Source: Eledone cirrhosa (taxonomy: Eukaryota). Taken from it: a stretch of 64,000 nucleotides of DNA. Made by a program: the position numbers and the translations under genes. The notes below the pieces were generated by a model, which was not told where the DNA came from, ran no database searches, and saw only the letters and a list, made by a program, of their open reading frames with translations. This document shows, piece by piece, positions 14,368 to 26,756 of this stretch; the first letter of the stretch is position 1, and the number at the start of each line of letters is the position of its first letter. The stretch spans positions 351,540,001-351,604,000 of the forward strand of contig OZ024741.1 in NCBI GenBank assembly GCA_964016885.1, written 5' to 3'.

Positions 14368-17144
14368 TTACAGACACATACTCAGAGTAGGCCCATTCAC
14401 TCGGGCCATACTTGCTTCTCTCACCCATCTTTCAACAAAATGCTGGGAAGAGAGTACTTCCCTCTCTACCCTGATTTTCCTTTTCAAATGAAATTTGAAA
14501 AAGTTAATCAGGGCATCACTGAAGAGGTAAGTGCTCGTCTTCAGCCCTTTCAAACGTGTCCACCATACTATCTCTTTCGCCATGGCCACCAGACAGATAA
14601 AAACTGCCTGCCCTTCCCGGCTAAAGGAAGAGGGCGGGGCAATCCTCACGATGGACTCAGCTGATAGCTGGATCCGTCCTACACGTGACAGCAGGTGTTC
14701 GACATAAACCCACAAGTCAGCAATGCTCGGACACTGGACGAGTGCATGCAGGACGGTTTCGTCGCCCTGCGCGCATCTCGGACATGCCCGGCTGACAGCA
14801 CCCCCATGCCTGTAGAGTTTATCCCGAACTGGCAAAGCTCCTCGGTAGCACTGCCAGGCCAGGGATTTCTGGAAGTTGTCCATAGGCCCCGGCCCGAAAG
14901 TCCTTCCGAAAAGATTGGCTAGTTGATTTTCGTCGACGCCTAGAGTTTCTTCAAGTACGTCGTCGCTCTTCCCCTCCACTAATCCTCTATAGAACGCCAA
15001 GGTGGAGTTTCCACCGATCACATTGCCCGATTGGACGAGGGCTGTGAGCGCCTGAAGACATTCCAGTCTCCAAGCGCTCCCTCTCGGTCTTCGCTTGATC
15101 CAGGACTGCAGTTCCGTCAAGGAGACGAGCTGGGGAAAGACGTGTCTTGCAAACGGCAACCACACCTGATCACCGTCGAGGAAGAGGTGGAGATGTCGTA
15201 GCCTGAGCGCGTGTCTGCGCATCATCAGCCACGGCATGCCCAGCCCTCCACGTAGCGGGTGTTGACAGCAGATGGACCGCCTGACCATCGGAGCGCGTCC
15301 CTTCCACAAGAAGCGAAAGAGCAAACGCTCCAGCGCAGTCAGGCGGGGCTTAGGACAAGGTACGACGGTCAGGCGGTAGTAGATGACGGACGCGATGTAC
15401 GGGTTAGCCCCCTCCGCTCGACCTTTCAGGGATAGCTTCCTCTCCGCCCATTTCTGGGTAAGAGAAGCCACCCTGCTCGTCACCTCGTCCCAGTTTTTGT
15501 CCGTCTGGAGGTCCGGACCGAACCAGACCCCTAGCAATTTAACCGGTCCGTCCGTCCAGCGCCCGACAACGCTGTTGGACGGCATGGACCTGCCTCTCCA
15601 GGTGCCGAGCTGCAGACCCACTGACTTTTCCTGGTTGATCATTGTTCCTGTCACCGCCTCATATTCTCTTAGTGTAGTGCCGATCGCCTCGATGTGTTTG
15701 GCGTTCGACACCACTACGGTGACATCGTCCGCATATGCTGACACGGATCTTCCGCATCCTAGTTCGCGCGGGACCCCCCTCAACGTCTCCAGTTTGTGCA
15801 GTAATGGCTCGAGAGTCAATACGTACAAGAGGGACGAGAGGGACATCCTTGGCGGACCGAGCGCATGATGTTGAACGGTTCCGAAAGGTGACCGTTCACT
15901 CTCACCACAGAGCAGATATCGCTGTGCATGGCAGCTATCCAGCCTCTGAAGACGGGCCCAAAGCCAGCCGCCCTCAGGACTGCCGCTAGGTAACGATGGT
16001 CGACCCTATCGAAAGCTTTCGACTGATCTAAATTGATCAAGGACCCACCCGTGCCAGGTTCCCTAGCTACCCTCTCTACGATATATCGCATGAGGTGGAG
16101 GTTGTCGTGGATGGATCTGTTTGGAATGGCGCACGTCTGCGCCTCTCCCACCAGACCACCAACGACAAGCGCCAACCTCTTTGCTAGCACCTTGGCCAAA
16201 ATCTTGAACTCTGTGTTTAGCAGAGTTATGGGCCTGAAATTATCTATGTTATCCCCCTTGTTCGGACCCTTTCTCAGCAGCACCACAGCTCCTCGACTCA
16301 CAGAGCTGGAAATTCTCCCGTTCTGTTGCCAGTTGCAGTAGACGTCCGCCAAGAGGCCTCCGAACAAGTCTGGCATCTGTACGTAAAGTTCATAGGGTAG
16401 ACCATCCAAACCAGGCGATTTACCCCTTGTGCAGCCAGTCATTGCCTCCCGTACTTCAGCGGCTGTTATAGGCTTTTTGCAACACTCCGCCTCAGTGGCC
16501 GAGAGCCGCGGCAGTCCGTCGAGGTAGACACTAAAGTCCATCCCTCGATCCGGCCCGCCGCTGCCCCCGAACAGCTGTGCGAAGTGTCGCTGGAAAGCTT
16601 CACACATTTTCCCGGGATCGAGTAGCATGCGCCCGTCGTGGTCCACCAAAGACCGGATCGTGGCTTTGTTGCAACGACGCGCCTCCGCCACTCGGGCCCA
16701 TTGAACGGCTTTCGTCCCCTCGTGTCTGAGAGCACGCACTCTAGCTCTGACAACGCAGCCTTCGTGCTTTGTATTGAAGAATTGGTCAAGGGCCAATTTC
16801 GCCGCAAGTACGTCGGTCGCGATGCCTTTGCTAAGCGCCTCGTCTAATTTTCTAACTAATTCTCCCTCTGCTCTATTTTTCTCTATTGCTAAAACCTTAC
16901 TAAACCTAATGGACTCTATTCTAATTGCTCTTTTCAGAGCAAACCACCACTTGTTGTTAACGATGGCCCCCGTCAACGCCCGCTTAACTAGTTCGCTAAT
17001 CCGGTCTCTGTAGGCCTTGCGCGCTGGTAAGGACGCGTTTAGCTTCCAGTAGCCGGGTCCTGGTCTATGAAGCCTATCTAAGTCAAGCACACAGATCACG
17101 AATTTGTGGTCCGTGTAGCTGACTATCTTGAATTGTGGACAGCC
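14368..17144 (-). pseudogene. LINE ORF2 RT and C-terminal zinc-finger region (frameshifted)
   Basis: GKSPGLDG, NFRPITLLN, LDQSKAFDRVDH, SVRQGCP, YADD, CPRC...ETVLHALVQC. Confidence 0.92.
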
Positions 17145-20100
17145 TAAAGAAAGATGATATATCGTCCAGGTGTGTGAACGACATCTCATCTCTCTAAGAT
17201 TATTAATTAAAACAGAAGGGCTTTAACGATAACAAGGCTAATCTTTTATTAAATGATTCATTTAATAAAACACAACATAATAATTACATTCAAGAAGAGA
17301 TATGAAAATCTCTTGGTCAAAAACAGGCGTTTTTACAAAGTACGTCCACGTGGCAGGACAAAGGCGGCTGGAATGAAAAACCAAATCTCTTGAGTTTTAC
17401 ATTGGCGTCTCTTCTTTTAGAGAACGCCGAGATAAGGGAAGTAATTCGCTATTTTTTTGTGTTACCCACAGGTGGCGACACTGCGTTGCTATAGTCAACA
17501 CACTGTCGCCATAATTACTACAATCACCTCCGACCAGATTTTTAAAGAAAATCGTAAAACAAACGATAGCATGGAGGAACCAGAAGTTGTAAATTGGTGC
17601 AAGAAAAATTCCTGTAATATATAACAATGAAGCCAAAGCCTTACAAAGTACTCTTTACAAGTTGTTGAAACCGGTTTCAAAACGAACAATATAGAGGTGA
17701 AATAGGTTAATGCATGCAAGCATTACACAAAAAATATACAACAAATGCAATAATTATACACATGCAGCAATAAATGCAAAATGCATTAAAAATACCATTC
17801 GCAGTAAGGGTCCCAAATGCGATAAAAAAAACGATAGGCATTGAAAATGCCATAGGCAGTAAGGTTACAAAATGCAATGAAAAATTATAATATGCCTTAA
17901 AAATACCATAGGCAGTCAGGGTACAAAATGCAACAACAAATTCAATATACAGTAAAAATAACTGCAAGAAAAAAGAATACAATTCAGAAGTTTATAGTAC
18001 TGCATAGCTTACGGGGCTAATGCACCCTTCGACCTGAACGGGTCGTATTTCTGTATGTTGGGGGTGGGGGAAGAAACAAGCGTATGTGGCGAAGAAAAAG
18101 AAGGGGGCATTTGTGGTTCAAGTGTCACTGTGTCAGTGTCCAGATTGGCTCGTTTGAGGCGATTAACGGAAATAGTTTCCCTGGACCCCCTAATGTCCAG
18201 TGTGAAATGTTTCTCTGTACGAGCAAGCACACAATAGGGTCCAGAGTACGGCCGTGTGAGAGGGGGGTCTCACGGCGTCGTCTCTAACGAACACATGTGT
18301 CCACAAGGCAATATCCCTTGGGACGGCAGTTTTTACAGTTTGCTTCCTAGTGTCCATCGGTGGTAAATCCTGGAAGTAAGAATGAAGCCGGGACACGTAG
18401 GAAGCGGGACCTGCGAAGCAAGATCAACAGGAGCAAGCATTTGCCCCGGTAACGCAAGAGGAGTACCATAAATCAATTCGGCCCGGGAGAACCCAAGGTC
18501 CACCTTTATTGTCGACCGAATACCTAACAACACAATCGGTATGTACTCACTCCAACGTGAAGAGTCCATTGAAGCCCTTAAAGAGGCTTTAAGCTGTCTG
18601 TGAAATCTTTCCACCATTCCGTTTGATGCTGGATGATATGCCGTGGTTCTTATGCGAGTAGCGCCAATAATTTGTGTTAATTCACGGAAGAGGTTCAATT
18701 CAAATTGACGACCGCGGTCTGTTGTTATTGTGGTTGGTACTCCAAAACGAGCGATCCATGCAGATACGAGAGTACGCGCTGTCGTTTCAGCAGTGGTATC
18801 TGTCATAGGGATGGCTTCAGGCCAACGCGAAAAACGGTCAACGATCGTCAAAATATACGAATAACCACGACTAATCGGCCACGGGCCGACGATGTCCACA
18901 TGAATGTGACGAAATCTGGCATCAGGACAGGTGAAAGTTCCGAGAGGAGTTTTAACGTGCTTATGAACTTTTGACTTTTGGCAAGCGACACAGGAACGGC
19001 ACCAAGCAGCAATGTCACGTCTCATATCAGGCCAGAAAAATCTGGCTGTTATGAGTTTTACCGAGGCTGTAGCTCCTGGGTGAGAAATGCCATGCAAAGC
19101 GAGAAATAGAGTTCGTCGATGACCAACTGGGACGAGAGGTCGTGGTGAGTCCAACGAGATATCACAAAGTATCTGTCCGTCAGCGGTTGATAAAGGAAGG
19201 TATTTCATATTGCAGTTATTGAACTCCGGCGATGTGCAATCCAATGATTCAAGCGAAGGTTGGTCAATGGCCATTTGACGCAAATCTATATCGTTAGACG
19301 ACGAGATCGAAGCTATCGGGAGGCGAGACAAGGCGTCTGCCGCAGTGTTCAAAGCACCCGGAATATGTTGAATATCATTGGTGTATTGGGAAACAAAATC
19401 CAGATGTCTAGTTTCCCTAGGCGAATATTTGTCAGATTTTGATCTTAAAGCGAAAATCAACGGTTTGTGATCTGTGAAAATAGTGAACGCTCTCCCGTCC
19501 AGAACATGGGAGAAATGTTTCACAGATAAATAAATTGCTAAAAGCTCACGCCCGAAAGTACTATAACGATTTTCGGCAGGCTTTAGCTTTCTCGAAAAAA
19601 ATTCCAGTGGTTGTTGTAAACCATCGCACTTCTGTTGCAAGACTGCGCCCACGGCGGTATCCGACGCATCAACACAGAGCGATAGCTCGGCGTTGGGTAC
19701 TGGGTGGGCGAGCAAAGACGTGCTCGCTAACGCCTTTTTCACTTTTAATATCGCCCACAAATATCGGCAAATGATGTGAATTTATGATGCCCAAAGATTT
19801 GATGAATTTTTAAGGCCAAATTATTTCTTTGAAGCAGCTATGCAACCAAAAAGTGACACTGGAATCCAAAATCGTATTCACGCGAATTCAACTGAAATTC
19901 CTTCTGAAAATTCTCGCCGGCCAAAATAAAATTTGAATAATAAAAAAAATTATTTTCCATGAAAATTATTTGGTAAGAAAATCCCAAGATGGCTGATTGA
20001 AAAATGTGTTTGTGATGAAGAAGCCATCATGTGGCACGATGCAGCCAATCAGATGGCTGGGATTGAAGAAGACAAGCTGTACGCGGGAAAACAACATTTT

Positions 20101-20846
20101 TGAGTCTCCATTTGTAATTTTAACAGAAGGTTGAAAGCAAAATTTTATATCCAGAGAAATCCTTTTTTTTTTTTCTCTCTCTCTCTTTTAAAGAGAGAAG
20201 TTGATGCAAAAGGAAAAATATTGTTCACTCAAAGACAAGATACCAAACAACAACGGGCCTAAATTCCATATATATATGTGCAGCGCCGCACACTTTGTAC
20301 ATAAAATAAATATCATTGTTGATAAAACGCTGGATGAGTTGTGATAAATTTTTTTTGTTTTTATCTAAATATGCTTGCAAGGCAGGTCAGAAGGAGATAC
20401 AATTCAGCAATACAGAAGAATTTTAAACACAAAAGAATTTTAAAAGTTGTTCTTAGTCGGGGTAACCAATAAAGAAAGATGATATATCGTCCAGGTGTGT
20501 GAACGACATCTCATCTCTCTAAGATTATTAATTAAAACAGAAGGGCTTTAACGATAACAAGGCTAATCTTTTATTAAATGATTCATTTAATAAAACACAA
20601 CATAATAATTACATTCAAGAAGAGATAGGAAAATCTCTTGGTCAAAAACAGGCGTTTTTACAAAGTACGTCCACGTGGCAGGACAAAGGCGACTGGAATG
20701 AAAAACCAAATCTCTTGATTTTTACATTGGCGTCTCTTCTTTTAGAGAACGCCGAGATAAGGGAAGTAATTCGCTATTTTTTGTGTTACCCACAGGTGGC
20801 GACACTGCGTTTCTATAGTCAACACACTATCGCCATAGTTACTACA
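17145..20846 (-). mobile_element. Internally deleted Ty3/Gypsy LTR retrotransposon
   Basis: LTRs 17145-17522 and 20470-20846 (~7 differences), TSD AGCC(T), PBS TGGTTACCCCGACT next to the 5' LTR, RNase H-integrase ORF. Confidence 0.93.
18333..19760 (-). pseudogene. pol: Gypsy pol remnant: RNase H and integrase
   Basis: [57 protein letters not shown]. Confidence 0.92.
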
Positions 20847-20850
20847 AGCC

Positions 20851-21483
20851 TATGCTAGACCTATCTATTTCCCTACAAAATACTCTATCTAGATATGATC
20901 TGGATGACCCTATGCGATTTGTCCAAGTCCACATTGGCACATTCGGGAAATCCAATCGGTACCTGTCAGACAGTTAAAAACGCCTGAGCTGGTTGGTGAG
21001 GCTCTTGCACCATCCTCCCCTATCCGCTGATCCCACACAGTCCCAGCGTGCATCTAAGATCCCGTTCCAGTCGCCCACTAACACTAAAGAGCGGGACGTT
21101 CCAAGAAAGGTTTCCAGGCGCCGGAAGAAATCAGGCCGCCCTGCTCCTGTCGGAGCATAGACAGCCACTAGCCTGAAAGCTTGCCCGTCTCCGCTGGTCA
21201 CGTCTAGCACCACCAACTTACCTTCTGGGTCCAGGAAGATGGCCCGTATGGCGAGATCCGAAAAAGCACAGCAACTCCCCCCCCCCGATCCCGGACGGCT
21301 GGGAGATGCGTACACATCGTAGCCGCCGAAGATCGGTGCGAAGGCCCGTGCTTCGGATATTCTGGTCTCGCTGATGGTCACTACATCTATGTTTAGTGAC
21401 CTGAGGTCGTTGAGCAGGTGGCCCTGCTTCCATGACGACCCCAAGCCACGCGCATTTATGCTGCCTATTCTGAGTGAGGTCAT
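20851..21483 (-). pseudogene. LINE ORF2 N-terminal apurinic-like endonuclease
   Basis: SINARGL, ISET, AVYAP, LVGDWN, WTN...SYLDR. Confidence 0.9.
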
Positions 21484-21517
21484 GTTGAAATGGAGTGGAA
21501 AAGATGGGAAAGACCAC

Positions 21518-23442
21518 TTACCTTACTTCTCGTAGAGGAAGGATGGTTTGTCCATCCTTTTCACTGCTTGTGGCCTCCTTCGGAAGGATGTCCTTATAAA
21601 TCCTCCTGGAGAGTGTTTGTCGGAAGTCTCCGATGTCTTTGGGGAATTTTTGTTTTAGTGTCGTGTACGTTTTCTGTGTGATGCGAGTGATTTGTATGTG
21701 TGGAGGTGGTGTGAACTTTTGGGTTGTTGTGTAGTATTTTTCTGTGATGCTGGTGCTGTGTTGGATGTCGTGTAATAATTGGTTGTTGTTCAAATTTAAT
21801 GCTGTGTAGTGTGTATCGTTTTGGTTGTCTTGTTTTGTTTGCGTTTGTTGTGGGTTTGTTTCTGTTTCGCTTTTTGGTGACTTTTGTGGTGTTGGTGATG
21901 GTGGTGTTGGGGTTAATGATGGTGATGGTGTTGGTGTTTGTGGAGATGGGATTGGTGATGCTGGTGTGGATGGTGGCATATCTGTCCTAACTTTTTTGTT
22001 TGATAGTTTATTTGTTTCCCTCTGTATTCTGTTTTTGGAGGGGGAGGGAAGAGAATTTTTTTCTTTTTTGGTTTCTTTTTTTCTTTTTTCCTGATACCGT
22101 TTCCCACTCCTCGTCTTCACAATCTATCTCCAGTTGTGATAGGCCGGGGAGTGGAAAATCCTCCACAGGCGTTGGTTTTGGTTGTGGCGTGGTAGATGAT
22201 GTAGGCGCTGGTGCTAGTTCTGGCGCGTTGGGTGGTGGTTGTGTTGGTTTTGCTACTGTTGCTGGGGTTGTTGCTGTTACAGTTGCTTCTGTTGTTGCTG
22301 CTACAGTTGTTGCTGCCATCGCTGCTTCTGGTGGTGTTGATGGTTGAGTCACTGGGGTAGGTAAGAGAGGTGGCCTCAACCTTTTAGCCTGAGGGCAGAA
22401 AGCCCTTAGGTGGGTTCCTTCACCACAAACGACACACCTAGGCCTTCTGCCCTCGACGATTACGGTGAGGTGGCTGCCGTCAGTGAGGTCTATTACCTCT
22501 GGGATCTCCTCAATGCTTTTATGGTCCGCTTGGATCAGGAGCTCCATCCCACATCCGGACCAGTTCTCCTGCTTTTCTTTCGCTATTTCGATTATGTTGG
22601 TGTTAGCCTCGATGCCGGCGAGGACGGCAGCCATTAGCCAGGGAATTTCGATGGCCGGTGGAACGTGGGTCACCCTGATCTTCACGAGTCTCTGGCCACA
22701 ATAGCTTGGGACGAGTGTGAAGTCGTCACTTCTTAATGGGGCCATGGAGTGTTCTCTGGCCTCCTGTGGTGTTTCAAAGAACACGTCCACGGTTCCATAT
22801 TTCTGCCCACGTCTGATGTGGGGTTTTTTTGCCCACACATGTCCCAAAGCTTTTTGGATTTGGGACTCGGATGCCCGTTTCACTCGGCGCGATTTTATGT
22901 TAATTGTCCGATAATACACGGTGCATAGGCGACGATGCTCCATTTTATTAGGTGTGTGGGGGGGGGGGGCTGACCCTGTACCCATCTTTCTTTACCATTC
23001 TTTTGGCTTCTTCTAATTCCTCCTGAGTTACCTGGATCGCTTCGCACGTTTTTGCTACTCTCGCAAAAGACAGGGTAGTTTTCTTAATTTCATTGTTGCT
23101 GTTATCGTTATTTTTGTTATTGTTAATTTTAGTTTCAGTTGTGGTGGTGGTGGCGTCAGTGGTGTTCGGTGTGGAAGAGTTCATTTCGATATCACGAGAT
23201 AATTTATTTTTTTCTTTTGTTTCTGTTGTCGGTGTGGTGGTGGTGGGGGTGGCGGCTTCAATACCTGTAGTCATTGGTAATGGCGGGAAATGAATGTCTG
23301 CCTGAGATAAATTAAAAATATTGCTAATGCTTATATTTTTAGTGTTGGCAAACGTAGTAATATTTACAATAGTGGTGTCGGTGTGAGGTGTTAGTTTGTG
23401 AGGAAGGCTCTCAGTTCCTGGGTTCAGCTGTGAGCCGGCCAT
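21518..23442 (-). pseudogene. LINE ORF1 (gag-like, CCHC), in three frameshifted pieces
   Basis: SFARVA; CVVCGEGTHLRAFC; homologous to 31737-33721. Confidence 0.8.
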
Positions 23443-23658
23443 GATTTTTCAAAGAAATTTTTTTTTTTTAAATAATTTTAAAAGTTTAAATTTTGGGCTC
23501 AAGGCCCCAATCTTTTTGAGTGTCCTTTTCAGAAAACAATGTATGTGCACTTATATACAGTTAACAATAAAAATTTTCCATAAATGGCAATTTTAAACAA
23601 CTGAAAACAACAAACCTTTGCGGAGCTCACGATGATACGATTTACTACGTAGGTCACC

Positions 23659-23691
<33 letters not shown>

Positions 23692-23692
<1 letters not shown>

Positions 23693-25100
23693 TGGTTATT
23701 GTATCGTAAGAGAGGATAGAAAGGAGAGATATAAAGAGGTGCGATACAAAATATTACATGCCAAAAGCAGATGCGTAGTGTGCTCAATACTTGGGTTATC
23801 AGGATTAAATTTTAGAGAAAGTTAATATTTAGTGTAAAGATTAAGTAGAACTGGAATAAGCAAAAGAATGAGTGAATGAAAGAGTTACAAGCCGTTAAAA
23901 CATATCTTTATATAGCTCTTACACATGTTTCGCCCAGGGGTCTCATCGGAGGCAGATACTCATATAGAAACGTCCTTAATTACAAACCCTGAGAGGGTAT
24001 AATAATATCACCTCGCTATGCATTGTGATTTTAGATGTTATGGGTATAAATACGGTTAAAGGGGTATAATTCGCTAAGGGAGGTAATTACCGGTGCCCGT
24101 AGAAAGTTTACTGCATTACTTAGGACCAATACCAGCTATGGGAAATTTTTTTAAATTTTATTTAAAAGGAATTAACTTATGCGGGGTTGGTCAACTCAGT
24201 ATAAATGATGCCTAATTTAGGTGTGAATATGATAGAATGTTGGTAATGTCGTTAAACACTGCACACAGGTATACCTAATGTATGGGGGCACGTTGGAGTG
24301 CGAATTTGAAGGCCTAGAAAAATAATGCTAATTTGGATCGAAGTTGTATGTTCATATGATCAATTCATCTAAGAAGTTACTCGGGTTCAGGCAGCAAGTT
24401 CGTAAGATTACTTAAACCTAGTCCGGCCAAGAGGAAGAATATAGCGGGGGGCCCGACTGAATAGGTGCTGTGCAGCTTCCTGGTGAGAAAACAGTGGGTA
24501 GATGATGGTGTTATTCCACGTTGTATAATGGTAAACCTACCACCGGCCGGTCAGGCCAGGGTGTGGTGTTGAGAGCCTCAGGTATTATTGTGCTTATTCG
24601 GTTGCTGGGGTCTATCTGTAGAATGATTGTTGCAGTCGGTGGCCGCAATTGATGACTTTCGACCCGACTATTTATGAGTTCCTGGGGTGCTTGTACTATA
24701 TAATAAAGTTCCATTAGGCAGAGCTGGCAGCTTTTTTGAAATTATAAGGTGTTGCTTGGTTCACAATTTCCCATTGTATGGTGTAGCTAATGTTGGAGTC
24801 AGTTAATTGGGTAATATAATTAGCGAGGGGTGTAGAGTATCTAAGTTTCCTATTCCTAAAAGAGTGGAGATGCGCTCGAAATCTAGTCTTGAACTCCCCA
24901 GGAGTAGCTCCTATGTATGACTTAACACTATTAAAACTAGTAACTGTGCATCTATAGATTCCGTTTCTAGTCAAGCAGTAGTCTTGAAGTGGACAGTTGT
25001 TAGGGTTACGGCAATTGCAGTGTTTTTTGTTGCCACCTCTAAGGTGGTGAGGGCTGGTGTTAATCCCATTACTATCATTATCACCATTACCATAGCTGTC
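23692..25100 (-). mobile_element. 5'-truncated PLE (GIY-YIG and 3' UTR) with a degenerate HHR at 23916-23953
   Basis: CNCRNPNNCPLQDYCLTRNGIYRC...SYIGAT...FKTRF; CCGATGA-gaccc ct gggc-GAAAc atgt gTA. Confidence 0.85.
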
Positions 25101-25128
25101 ATTATATATATATATGTCATATATATAT

Positions 25129-25307
25129 AAAGACATATTTTCCAATTCCAACCCACCCGTCCCTTCAATCTATCTTATTTCTCATTCTTTCTTCTGGTGA
25201 AGGACTAGCGTCCGAAACGTTAAGACCCTCTTCCTGCTATTTCAAGCGTTAACCTAATATATTCCTTCCATATACTGTACCGATTGTGTTGTTATTTCTG
25301 TTTACCT

Positions 25308-25311
<4 letters not shown>
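25129..25311 (+). mobile_element. ~180 bp hammerhead-bearing mini-element (HHR 25190-25225, A6G), (ACAT)n tail
   Basis: End-to-end inverted match to 52970-53153. Confidence 0.8.
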
Positions 25312-25339
<28 letters not shown>

Positions 25340-25780
25340 CATACATGGTGGCTGCCAACTCGTTTTCGAGTACGGCCACTACTTTATATCCATGTAGGAG
25401 AACCCCTACCGATGCGCTGAACAAGTGTGACTTTTTAGTCCAGCCAGCGACTTGAAAACTCTGGTACAAACACTACACTTGTGACAATTACTGACACACA
25501 GTGCTGGGCCCATGGTACCATGTGACGACAAGTGCAGAGAGATCTCCAGATATAAAGCAATGCCTGTGCCGTGAAGCTTTTATAGTGAGCAAAGGCACTG
25601 CACAAAGCCAGTCCCACTCTCTTAACCAAGATGATATTTACCAAAAAGAAGAACAAGTCAACATCATTGGATACCATCAGGGTTGCAGGTGTTATATCAG
25701 AGTTTTCCTTCTCCTAGAATTCTGCCTTGACATACATACATACATACATACATACATACATACATACATACATACATACA

Positions 25781-25859
<79 letters not shown>

Positions 25860-26115
25860 GGATATTTAGTAAAATCGAATCTCTGGCGGTTTGCAAGCAA
25901 ATTCGGCCTACTTATGAGGTGATGAGTTAGCAAAGCACTCGATAAGTTAGGTCCTTAGAGTAATAACATACGTTTAAATATATTAGTATTTTGGCCCCTT
26001 TTGTTGACCCGTCACCGTATCATTTATGTACTTATACCTCTTAAAGGGTCCTTGCCTATTTCGTCCCACCTTGTTCTTTTACTTATTTCGTTATTTCTTT
26101 ATTTCTTTCTTTACT

Positions 26116-26151
<36 letters not shown>

Positions 26152-26508
26152 TATTTATTTATTTATTTATTCTAGCCTAACAATAGCTAGAGACCTAGGT
26201 CGTAGTATTTACTTTACTTTTTTCTTTACACTTATTTGCTTTTCTTCACTCTCAGTATTTTTTCTTTCCTATATATTTCTACCCCCCATTGTTCTACCTA
26301 CCGTTCCGACTTCCTCCCCCTCCCCCTCCCCAGTATCTTCTTTGACCTCATGCCCAGCTGTAGCTGGCACTACCAACGCTTGATTGGGTCTACCCCACCC
26401 CCTCCCCTCTTTCTCCTACTGGCAGGTTTAGCCACCATCTCCCCTACTAATTTGCAACCACAGAATTACTACTGATTTTTGACAATCACTTTGACCATAT
26501 ATGGAATT

Positions 26509-26602
26509 ACCCCTTGAGAAGATCGGCTATTTAAATACCAGGATAAATTTTCATTTAGTCCAGAATTAGCCGTCGAAACGGCTTGAGCTCAGCTGTCGGG
26601 GT
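26509..26602 (+). ncRNA. Type I hammerhead with a U3-A8 core variant (family B, in element 25857-26614)
   Basis: acccc-TTGAGAA-gatcggcta...tagccgtc-GAAA-cggct tgagctc agctg-TC-ggggt. Confidence 0.8.
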
Positions 26603-26612
26603 CTTACTGGTT

Positions 26613-26647
<35 letters not shown>

Positions 26648-26687
26648 GAAAATGTTAATAAATGAAAAATATTCTCATAATCAAAAT

Positions 26688-26756
26688 ATATATTTTATTA
26701 TACATATTTCAAAGGTACAATGGTGTTTAAGTACGTTTTCATCAGACAAAATATAT
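26688..26756 (-). ncRNA. Type I hammerhead ribozyme, intact core, 11-bp stem I
   Basis: atatattttgt-CTGATGA-aaacgtac...gtaccttt-GAAA-t atgt a-TA-ataaaatatat. Confidence 0.82.

Larger units (their letters stand above)
14125..23658 (-). mobile_element. Full-length Tx1/L1-clade LINE inserted in (AAT)n and interrupted by a Gypsy element
   Basis: ORF1 pieces with a CCHC knuckle, APE 20974..21483, RT 15816..17189 and 14368..15846; (AAT)n on both flanks. Confidence 0.93.
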
